A stretch of DNA of 64,000 bases from Patescibacteria group bacterium (GCA_038065715.1 JBBTQL010000006.1:2127-66126), one strand, 5' to 3'; positions 54,627 to 61,329 are shown, counted from the first letter of the stretch. Notes: generated from the sequence alone by a model not told the origin. A program made the numbers and translations.

Positions 54627-54675
54627 CCGCCCCGAAAGGGCGAGGCTCGCCCCGCCGCGGCGGGGCGGCAAGGCA
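54624..54675. repeat. GC-rich hairpin cluster abutting the tRNA half
   Basis: ccccgcccc gaaa gggcgagg, plus the 20-nt perfect palindrome cgccccgccgcggcggggcg (54648-54667). Confidence 0.8.
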
Positions 54676-54702
54676 AGATTTGGATTTCATTTTTTAAAAA
54701 AA

Positions 54703-54960
54703 ATGTTTTCAGTATATATTTTACAAAGTTTAAAGGATAAACGCACTTATGTTGGTTTTAGTGATAATGTTGAAAAGAGGTTGATCAGACATAATCAAGG
54801 ATATATCAATGCAACAAAATATAGGCGTCCTTTCAAGGTTTTATTTACAGAAAAAGCAAGAGACATGCAAGAAGCTAAAAAAAGAGAAAAATATTGGAAA
54901 AGTGGAGCCGGACGGCGGAAATTAAAATATTATTTTGAAAACGGGTTTCCCTGCCCTTAA
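54703..54960 (+). CDS. Small GIY-YIG nuclease family protein (UPF0213/COG2827-like)
   Basis: VYILQS...RTYVGFSDNVEKRLIRHNQG...EAKKREKYWK. The stop codon lies in the hairpin ccctgccc ttaaa gggcgggg (54949-54969). Confidence 0.8.
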   Translation: MFSVYILQSLKDKRTYVGFSDNVEKRLIRHNQGYINATKYRRPFKVLFTEKARDMQEAKKREKYWKSGAGRRKLKYYFENGFPCP

Positions 54961-54977
54961 AGGGCGGGGCAGTAAAG

Positions 54978-56579
54978 TTACAGTATGCGAGTGTGGTTCA
55001 ATGGTAGAATGATTCCTTCCCAAGGAATAGACGGGGGTTCGATTCCCCTCACTCGCTCCGTAATAAAACTTTTTTCTCTTTTCCCGACGAATTCGCGGGC
55101 GGCCAAAACGGCCGCCCATTGCGTTTTGAGAGGGGAATTCGTTTCGCTCGGCGCGCTGCGGCGCGCCTCGCGGTTTTGCAAAATGAGGTTCGAGCCGAAG
55201 ATTTCTTTGGTGGCGACCTTTTTCGCAAAAAGGTCGCTGTCGTTTGCGATTTTATCTATGGATTCCGCTTCCTTTATCCAATTTCTCATCGGTTCGAGCC
55301 AGCCAATTTGCTTTTGTTCAAGATGAGATATTTTCTCCTCCAGCGACTTTTTCTCGGAAAGCAATTTTGCTTTTTCAGTTCGGTAGATTTCTCTTTCAAT
55401 ATCCTGTTCTAAATAACCGTCTAAAAGTCGCTGGAGCTTAACGGAAATTTCCACAATTCTTTTTTTGTTTTCTTGAACAAAAGCGATTAAGGATTGGGCG
55501 GTTTTGGTTTTGTCTTTTTCCAGCATTTTATTCAATTCGTCCGCCCAATCTTTTTTCAAAGAAAATTTTTGAAGCAAAAGCGAAATTTGTTTATTCAAAA
55601 CTTCTTGGCGAATGCAAGGTTCGTTGCATTTTGTAATTTTTGATTTATGAGTACAGTGGTAGTAAGTGTAGTAATGTTGGTTTCCGTTTTTTTGTTTTTT
55701 AACCTTGTATTCGCCGGTTATTGCCATTCCGCAATTTCCGCAACGAAGTAGTCCGCAAAATGCTTGCGGTTCATTCTTTTGTTTGTGGTGAGGTCTGCCT
55801 CTTTGCTTTAAAATTTCCTGAACTCTATCAAAAATTTTCTTTGAAATTATTGGCTGGTGTTTACCTTCGTGTGTTTCGCCAGCATAACGGAATAATCCGA
55901 CATAGAACGGATTGGAAAGGATAAAAGAAATTCTGTCTCGTTTTAATAGTTTTCCGCTTCTCGCGCTAATTCCTTGTTGCGCCAAAAAGTTAGAAATATC
56001 TTCAAGACGAGAATTGTTTTCGGCGTACAATTCAAACATTTTTCGGATTATTGGCGATTTCTTTTTATCTACAACTACATTTTTAATTCTCGGGTCGTTT
56101 AAATATCCTATCGGGGCAAAGCCTGGATATTCGCCTCGTTTAACTTTTTGGCGCAAACCTCGTTTTGTGTTTTCGGAAAGACTGTCAACATAGTATTTGC
56201 TTTGCCCGAAAGCAATATTTAACATAAATTTTCCCTGCGGAGTTGATTCAAACCAGAATGTTGGAAATTTCAGCATCGTTAAATGCCCGCAGTCCAAAAG
56301 ATAAATGATTTTCCCTCCGTCAACAGAATTGCGCGCCAGACGGTCGGGGTGCCACGCCAAAATTCCTTGGGCTTGGCCTTTTTCAATTCGTTTTATCATT
56401 TCGTTAAAAATCGGGCGGCCGGGAATTTTGGCTGATTGTTTTTCAATCAGCTCCTCAAGTATTTCAAGGTTTTCCTGTTTGGCAAAAGCGCGCAATTCTG
56501 CAATTTGGTCCTCAATAGAACGAACTTGTTTGTCCTCAACATCTGTGGATTTGCGGGCATACAAAAAGAATTTTTGCAT
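54978..56579 (-). CDS. Large serine recombinase
   Basis: N-terminal resolvase domain (YARKSTDVEDKQVRSIEDQ, catalytic Ser context; HPDRLARN). Recombinase domain. Zinc ribbon (CGNCG...HC). Coiled coil. The last ~70 codons are encoded by inverted repeat a and by the antisense of tRNA-Gly. Confidence 0.85.
   Translation of the reverse strand: MQKFFLYARKSTDVEDKQVRSIEDQIAELRAFAKQENLEILEELIEKQSAKIPGRPIFNEMIKRIEKGQAQGILAWHPDRLARNSVDGGKIIYLLDCGHLTMLKFPTFWFESTPQGKFMLNIAFGQSKYYVDSLSENTKRGLRQKVKRGEYPGFAPIGYLNDPRIKNVVVDKKKSPIIRKMFELYAENNSRLEDISNFLAQQGISARSGKLLKRDRISFILSNPFYVGLFRYAGETHEGKHQPIISKKIFDRVQEILKQRGRPHHKQKNEPQAFCGLLRCGNCGMAITGEYKVKKQKNGNQHYYTYYHCTHKSKITKCNEPCIRQEVLNKQISLLLQKFSLKKDWADELNKMLEKDKTKTAQSLIAFVQENKKRIVEISVKLQRLLDGYLEQDIEREIYRTEKAKLLSEKKSLEEKISHLEQKQIGWLEPMRNWIKEAESIDKIANDSDLFAKKVATKEIFGSNLILQNREARRSAPSETNSPLKTQWAAVLAAREFVGKREKSFITERVRGIEPPSIPWEGIILPLNHTRIL
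54987..55057 (+). tRNA. tRNA-Gly (anticodon CCC)
   Basis: Manual cloverleaf: GCGAGTG TG GTTC AATGGTA GAAT G ATTCC TTCCCAA GGAAT AGAC GGGGG TTCGATT CCCCT CACTCGC T. Confidence 0.9.
55056..55190 (+). repeat. Inverted repeat a (135 nt), left end of the element
   Basis: Perfect reverse complement of 56794-56928, checked base by base. Confidence 0.95.
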
Positions 56580-56600
56580 AGATTTTTAAACTAAAAGCGA

Positions 56601-56707
56601 CTGGAAGTAATGAGCTAATTGTTGAGGTTAGCCAGTTTCCAGCCGCTTTTAATATTCTATTGTTAGGAATAAAATACTCATTACTGAACTAACTAACCTC
56701 AACAATT
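56601..56707. promoter_or_regulatory. Interleaved inverted repeats upstream of the recombinase start
   Basis: X agtaatgag (56606-14) pairs with ctcattact (56677-85). Y aattgttgaggttag (56617-31) pairs with ctaacctcaacaatt (56693-707). A local hairpin ctggaa...ttccag spans 56601-56642. Confidence 0.4.
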
Positions 56708-56793
56708 TCATTATACCACGCTAAATCCAAAAGCAAAAATTCTTTTTTTCTGGCAAAGAAAAAAACGAGACAGAATTAAAATCGCAACGACGA

Positions 56794-57122
56794 AACCTCA
56801 TTTTGCAAAACCGCGAGGCGCGCCGCAGCGCGCCGAGCGAAACGAATTCCCCTCTCAAAACGCAATGGGCGGCCGTTTTGGCCGCCCGCGAATTCGTCGG
56901 GAAAAGAGAAAAAAGTTTTATTACGGAGTATATTTACAACTACGCTCGAACTTACTTTATCAAAAATTCGTGAGAAAAACAATTGCCCACCCGCCGCAAA
57001 GCGGCGGGCGGGCAGAAAACCCAAAAATCGCTCGGGCGGGGCGGGAAGAAAAAGGGGTGTGGGGAAAATGAATTCCCGCCCCGCCCTCGCTCTCGTCGCA
57101 GGCAAAATTTTTTTAGAGCAGA
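56794..57122 (-). repeat. Internal 329-nt inverted copy of the joined element ends (a' + b')
   Basis: 56794-56928 is the reverse complement of 55056-55190. 56926-57122 is the reverse complement of 60831-61027. Both matches are perfect and overlap at the GAG core. Confidence 0.95.
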
Positions 57123-57797
57123 CTAATCATTCAAAATTTCGTCCATACAAAATTTAGCAAGATCGGCCTTGCTTATTTTTTTGCAAATCGATAAATCCTT
57201 CGTGTTCCACGCTAACAATACGTAGCAATCATCCGCATGAGCTTTATAATTGGTCGACTGAATACAGACGTCTGGGTTCGGATTTGAAACATTTCTGACA
57301 AACGTTAAAAAGCATTGCGCTTTTAGCACGTCATCATATGCATTATTTTGGCAAATTGATATATTATTCAGTTTAGCGGCAAAAAAACCAAAACAATCTC
57401 CTCTTATCCAAGAATCTTTTTCTGAAATATCTAGACACTTTTTAGACGCTTCCCTCAAATCCATACCACTCAATACATAACATTGATTCCGAAAATCTAT
57501 ACCTGTCTTATCGGCAGAAGAACCTCCAATGCTTATAAAATCGCAAGCTTTTGGATTTTTATTATTTATAGCAACATCATTAAAGCAAAGCTCTGGCTTG
57601 GCACACGGGAAACTTTCTTCGCAATGATCTGTTGGTGGAGCTAAATAACACAAAATGGGCACGTTGAGTTTGGTTGCCAATGCGGTTAAATCTTGACGAT
57701 CGTAAAAAGATGCACTGATAAAATGCAAAGCAAAAAGTATAAAGGGGAGAAGGATTATTAATACTAGTATCGATATAGCAATTATTGCTTTTTTCAT
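57123..57797 (-). CDS. Secreted/membrane-anchored protein built of about 5 cysteine-pair repeats
   Basis: N-terminal signal/TM. Recurrent C-x(2)-I-S...C-(Y/F) units (ACDFIS..NQCY, KCLDIS..GDCF, ICQNN..AQCF, VCIQS..DDCY, ICKKIS..KFC). Confidence 0.6.
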   Translation of the reverse strand: MKKAIIAISILVLIILLPFILFALHFISASFYDRQDLTALATKLNVPILCYLAPPTDHCEESFPCAKPELCFNDVAINNKNPKACDFISIGGSSADKTGIDFRNQCYVLSGMDLREASKKCLDISEKDSWIRGDCFGFFAAKLNNISICQNNAYDDVLKAQCFLTFVRNVSNPNPDVCIQSTNYKAHADDCYVLLAWNTKDLSICKKISKADLAKFCMDEILND

Positions 57798-57820
57798 CTT
57801 GGAAGTGTTTTTATTTTATA

Positions 57821-57850
57821 AAATCCGCCCCATGTTTCAGGAGCGGATTT
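57821..57850 (-). terminator. Possible terminator between the two cargo genes
   Basis: AAATCCGC ... GCGGATTT stem. The T-rich tail is weak. Confidence 0.35.
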
Positions 57851-57854
57851 AGGA

Positions 57855-60488
57855 TTATTGTCCAAGCAAAGCTTTAATTTGTTGCATTATCGCTTGCAGA
57901 GCGGATGAAATAGATGCCAAACTGCTCTGTGAAACATTATAACTTGTCGCAGACGAAGCAATGGTGAATGACGAGCTGTTAACTGACACGGATTGTCCAT
58001 TGTAATAATCTTGTATGTTTATGAAATAATTACCGGCAGGTGTAAGTGATGCAGGGATTGTCCATGCATATGAGCCATTATTGGGCACATTGGTCGCAAC
58101 CCAATCGCCTGGATTTGAGCCACTTGCAAATGAAATATCCATAGTCTCGGAACCTGGAAGATTTTGCGAAGTCCATGTGATATTATGTGTTTCTCCGACT
58201 TTCCACGTTTCGCCACCACTCGGTGAAGTAATAATAATCGAAGGTTGGGCGGAATTCGCCGTTACGATATTGAAAGAATTATCACTATAATCCCTTCCTA
58301 TTTCGGTTCCGTTTCTTTGAACCATTACAAAAAGTTTGTATGCATATTGCGGGTTTGCTAACGAACTGGGTATTGTTGCTGAACAACTAATAGAGCTACC
58401 TGATAAATTACTGCAGAGTTGAGCCACCGCCGTTTCATTGGAATAAGCTATGTAAACAAATATTTTGTCTGTAGACAATAAATTAGCAGAACTCCATTTA
58501 AAATTATATGTTGAACCAGCATTAAGTTGCCCCCCGCCATTCGGATCAGTAACAGTGATTGATGGAGGCTGAACAGTTGGCGAACTTATGGTAAAGTAAT
58601 TGTCGCTGGAATCAGTAACTTGTGGAGCGTCCGGACCACTTTTTGAAACATATATCTTAAAATTACTACCGATGTTGTCGGAACTTGGAATAGTCCATGA
58701 ATATGTTCCAGCAGAAGCTGGGATATCATTGCCTACGCCAATATTTTGATAAGGGCCACCTATAAGGCCGATGTCTATATTTTGAGAGCTTAATCCTGTC
58801 GAATTCCATGTAATACTGTGGGTTTCTCCTACTTTCCACGTTTCTCCGCCATTTGGCGAAGTAACTGTAATAGAGGCAGTTGCCTGCGCCGTGGAGATAG
58901 TGAAAGCGTTGCTTAAAATTGTTCCGCTGGAGCCATTGTTTTGATAATCAATAGCGATTTTATATGTTCCAGGGATATAATTTGGATTATTAGGGTCTAT
59001 GAACCACGAATAACTACCCAAATTTGCCGAAACACTGGCTGGATTTCCAGATCCAATAGCATATCCATAGGTTTGTCCATTAGAATATCTTACTAATGTA
59101 AGACTAACTGTACTGTTTTGAGAAAAATTTGTTGTAGTCCAAGTTATGTTGTGCGTTTCTCCAACTTTCCAAGTCTCTCCGCCGTTTGGCGAAGTGACGG
59201 TGATTGATGGAGTATTTGTCTGACAATCACTATTTGTAGAACATGCCTTTCCACCCCCGCCAACAACACACTGATTACTGGAATTACAACTCGTTTGCGC
59301 TGTGGCGATAGTGAAATCGCTGTCGCTATAATCCCGCCCTATTTCCGTTCCATTTCTTTGAACCATTACAAAAAGTTTAAACTGTCTGTTTGGCAACGAT
59401 CCCAATAAGACGGGCACAGTGTCTGAACAAGTAGTAGCATTACCAGCTAAAACACCGCAAATTTGGTAGTTTGAAGCCCCGCCGTTATTTAAATAGACAT
59501 ATATTTTATCTGTAGAAAATAAATTGTTAGAACTCCACCTAAAGGTATATGTTGATCCAGCATTAAGAGTCTCTCCACCACTCGGATAGGTAGCCGTAAT
59601 TGAAGGTGGCTGAACTGTCGGAGAACTTATGGTAAAATAGTTATCGCTAGAATCAGTTACACTTGGAGAAGATGGGCCACTTTTTGAAACATATATTTTA
59701 AAATTACTGCCGACATTGTCCGAAGATGGAATGGTCCAAGAATAAGTTCCGGCAGAAGCTGGAATGTCATTGGCAACGCTAATGTTCTGGTAAGGACCGC
59801 CTATAAGCCCAATGTCTATATTTTGAGAACCCATTCCAGTAGAAGCCCATGTTATATTGTGTGTTTCTCCGACTTTCCAAGTCTCTCCGCCGTTTGGCGA
59901 AGTTACAGTAATGGTTGGCTGTGTCGAACTGCATGTCTGCGTTGACACTGGCTGACCCGTAGTTATTCCACAATTATTGGAATCAGTGCAGGTTCTTGTT
60001 TGCTGACCATTGGAACAGGTTGACCAATTTGTGCAAGTCCAATTTCGGGTACAGGTCGGCGGAGTTACCCCGCATCCATATAAACCATTTAATTTTACTC
60101 TTGTTTTCGGACCAACATAACCACTTAAAGGGGTGATTGAATATTTCTGTTGGAATTGAATAACTGCTGATGCGGTTCCTTCATTATAAATATTTCCTGT
60201 GTCCGGGGAATAAGAAAATCCCTGTTTATCTAAAATTGTATGCAAAGCACCAACTTCGGTGCTTCCTGAATTTGCAAATCCTAAATTAGTATTAAAAGTA
60301 TGACACCAAGCTTGTCCACCTTGTTGCTGAGCAATTAATTGCTGTATTTGTTGCATTAGAGATTGAATTTGTGCCTGCAATTGCGCAATTAATGCTGAAT
60401 TATCTGTGGCTTGTGCACTAACAAAACCAGCAGAACCTAAAATTGCTGTTGCGAGAACAGCTGTTACTAATAAAAATTTAATCTTCAT
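57855..60488 (-). CDS. Large surface protein: signal peptide, Gln-rich coiled coil, peptidoglycan-binding-like domain, repeated Ig-like modules
   Basis: PG_binding_1-like (GALHTILDKQGF...SAVIQFQQKYSI...GYVGPKTRVKL). Four modules starting I(T/I)VTSP(N/S)GGETWKVGETH(N/S)ITW. Two near-duplicate blocks of about 250 aa. Confidence 0.75.
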   Translation of the reverse strand: MKIKFLLVTAVLATAILGSAGFVSAQATDNSALIAQLQAQIQSLMQQIQQLIAQQQGGQAWCHTFNTNLGFANSGSTEVGALHTILDKQGFSYSPDTGNIYNEGTASAVIQFQQKYSITPLSGYVGPKTRVKLNGLYGCGVTPPTCTRNWTCTNWSTCSNGQQTRTCTDSNNCGITTGQPVSTQTCSSTQPTITVTSPNGGETWKVGETHNITWASTGMGSQNIDIGLIGGPYQNISVANDIPASAGTYSWTIPSSDNVGSNFKIYVSKSGPSSPSVTDSSDNYFTISSPTVQPPSITATYPSGGETLNAGSTYTFRWSSNNLFSTDKIYVYLNNGGASNYQICGVLAGNATTCSDTVPVLLGSLPNRQFKLFVMVQRNGTEIGRDYSDSDFTIATAQTSCNSSNQCVVGGGGKACSTNSDCQTNTPSITVTSPNGGETWKVGETHNITWTTTNFSQNSTVSLTLVRYSNGQTYGYAIGSGNPASVSANLGSYSWFIDPNNPNYIPGTYKIAIDYQNNGSSGTILSNAFTISTAQATASITVTSPNGGETWKVGETHSITWNSTGLSSQNIDIGLIGGPYQNIGVGNDIPASAGTYSWTIPSSDNIGSNFKIYVSKSGPDAPQVTDSSDNYFTISSPTVQPPSITVTDPNGGGQLNAGSTYNFKWSSANLLSTDKIFVYIAYSNETAVAQLCSNLSGSSISCSATIPSSLANPQYAYKLFVMVQRNGTEIGRDYSDNSFNIVTANSAQPSIIITSPSGGETWKVGETHNITWTSQNLPGSETMDISFASGSNPGDWVATNVPNNGSYAWTIPASLTPAGNYFINIQDYYNGQSVSVNSSSFTIASSATSYNVSQSSLASISSALQAIMQQIKALLGQ

Positions 60489-60682
60489 ATTTTTTTACCT
60501 AAATAAATTCGCAAAGTTTAGCCACTGCTGGCGAGACTACAAATTTAAAAAAGCAATTTTAAATTATTTAATTATATAACTTGCTCTAAAATTGTACAAC
60601 TTATGCACTTGCCTGTGGCGTAGAAACACAAAGCCCGCCGCTAGACCGAGACTTGCACCTCCCATACCCTTTCGGATATAGA

Positions 60683-60734
60683 CCACGAACATGGAGTCTG
60701 AACGACGGGTTCAGTATGTTCGTGGAATTTTTTT
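60683..60734. other. Long hairpin (10-bp outer and 6-bp inner stems) with a T-run on the + strand, inside the cargo-gene leader
   Basis: ccacgaacat ... ctgaac gacgg gttcag ... atgttcgtgg aattttttt. Confidence 0.5.
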
Positions 60735-60830
60735 GCCATGCTCAAAAATTTTAATTCTTGAGTTTAGGCAGTCAATATTTAATTGTTAAATTATTATACC
60801 AAAGAAAATAAGAAAGGTGAAGTGAGCAAA

Positions 60831-61027
60831 TCTGCTCTAAAAAAATTTTGCCTGCGACGAGAGCGAGGGCGGGGCGGGAATTCATTTTCCCCACACCCCT
60901 TTTTCTTCCCGCCCCGCCCGAGCGATTTTTGGGTTTTCTGCCCGCCCGCCGCTTTGCGGCGGGTGGGCAATTGTTTTTCTCACGAATTTTTGATAAAGTA
61001 AGTTCGAGCGTAGTTGTAAATATACTC
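60831..61027 (+). repeat. Inverted repeat b (197 nt), right end of the element
   Basis: Perfect reverse complement of 56926-57122, checked block by block. Contains the 13-bp stem gggcggggcggga/tcccgccccgccc and a second long GC hairpin. Confidence 0.95.
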
Positions 61028-61038
61028 ACGAATTTTTT

Positions 61039-61111
61039 GCCAGAGTAGCTCAGCTGGTAGAGCAACGGTATCGTAAACCGTAGGCCGCGAGTTCGAATCT
61101 CGCCTCTGGCT
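61039..61111 (+). tRNA. tRNA-Thr (anticodon CGT)
   Basis: Manual cloverleaf: GCCAGAG TA GCTC AGCTGGTA GAGC A ACGGT ATCGTAA ACCGT AGGCC GCGAG TTCGAAT CTCGC CTCTGGC T. Confidence 0.9.
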
Positions 61112-61158
61112 CTGTTTTTCAAGGCTTTACAAGTTCTTTGACAATGAGGGCCATAGCT

Positions 61159-61329
61159 ATGAAGTTTTCTGATTTATCTCCGGGATATTTTGTGGTTATA
61201 AAACCGGAAGAATCGGTTGGATTATTGGTTAAAGACACAAAAGGGCGAGTTCGTTTTGCAGACTATAATTTGTTAGAAGGCCACAGCATTGGCTCAGAAA
61301 CAGAAGTTCAAAAAGTGCATTTGAAGTAA
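61159..61329 (+). CDS. Hypothetical 56-aa protein
   Basis: GAGGG lies 8 nt before the ATG at 61159. Followed by a clean terminator. No motif recognised. Confidence 0.4.
   Translation: MKFSDLSPGYFVVIKPEESVGLLVKDTKGRVRFADYNLLEGHSIGSETEVQKVHLK

Larger units (their letters stand above)
55056..61027. mobile_element. Putative integrated element of about 5.97 kb (serine recombinase, two secreted-protein genes, inverted att-like repeats) between tRNA-Gly and tRNA-Thr
   Basis: The ends share a CTC core with an internal inverted joined-ends copy. The reconstructed empty site places tRNA-Gly and tRNA-Thr about 11 nt apart. Confidence 0.6.

Noticed and set aside
54592-55057. A tRNA-Gly interrupted by a group I intron that encodes the GIY-YIG protein
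   Set aside because: This was attractive because group I introns in bacterial tRNA anticodon loops and GIY-YIG intron ORFs are both known. However, no 3' exon complementary to the 5' half (GGTTA, T-arm, ATCCCGC) follows. The downstream tRNA is a complete, independent gene with a different acceptor stem.
56776-57105. ORFs inside the inverted repeats (109 aa MPATRARAGREF... at 56776-57105, its 66-aa twin at 60848-61048, and the MGGRFGRPRIRREKRKK ORFs at 54922-55119 and 56865-57071)
   Set aside because: They lie wholly within GC-rich, strongly hairpin-forming repeat sequence where stop codons are rare by composition. Their sequences are low-complexity Arg/Pro/Gly-rich and have no ribosome-binding site. 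Coding capacity cannot be excluded but is unsupported.
57855-60488. Diversity-generating retroelement (template/variable repeat pair) in the repeated blocks of the 877-aa protein
   Set aside because: No reverse transcriptase is present in the window. The two blocks differ by substitutions of all kinds rather than adenine-specific changes, and both copies are inside the ORF.
60600-60735. c-di-GMP class I riboswitch in the cargo-gene leader
   Set aside because: There is a superficial resemblance (a GAAA tetraloop stem followed by GGGAGG.GCAAG.C.CGG). The conserved ACGCAAAGC core and receptor elements as I remember them are not present. It is reported only as an unassigned structured region.
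61128-61160. TTGACA at 61128 as the promoter for the 56-aa ORF after tRNA-Thr
   Set aside because: The best -10-like hexamer (TATGAA) is only 14 nt away and overlaps the start codon, so the spacing is wrong for a sigma70-type promoter.
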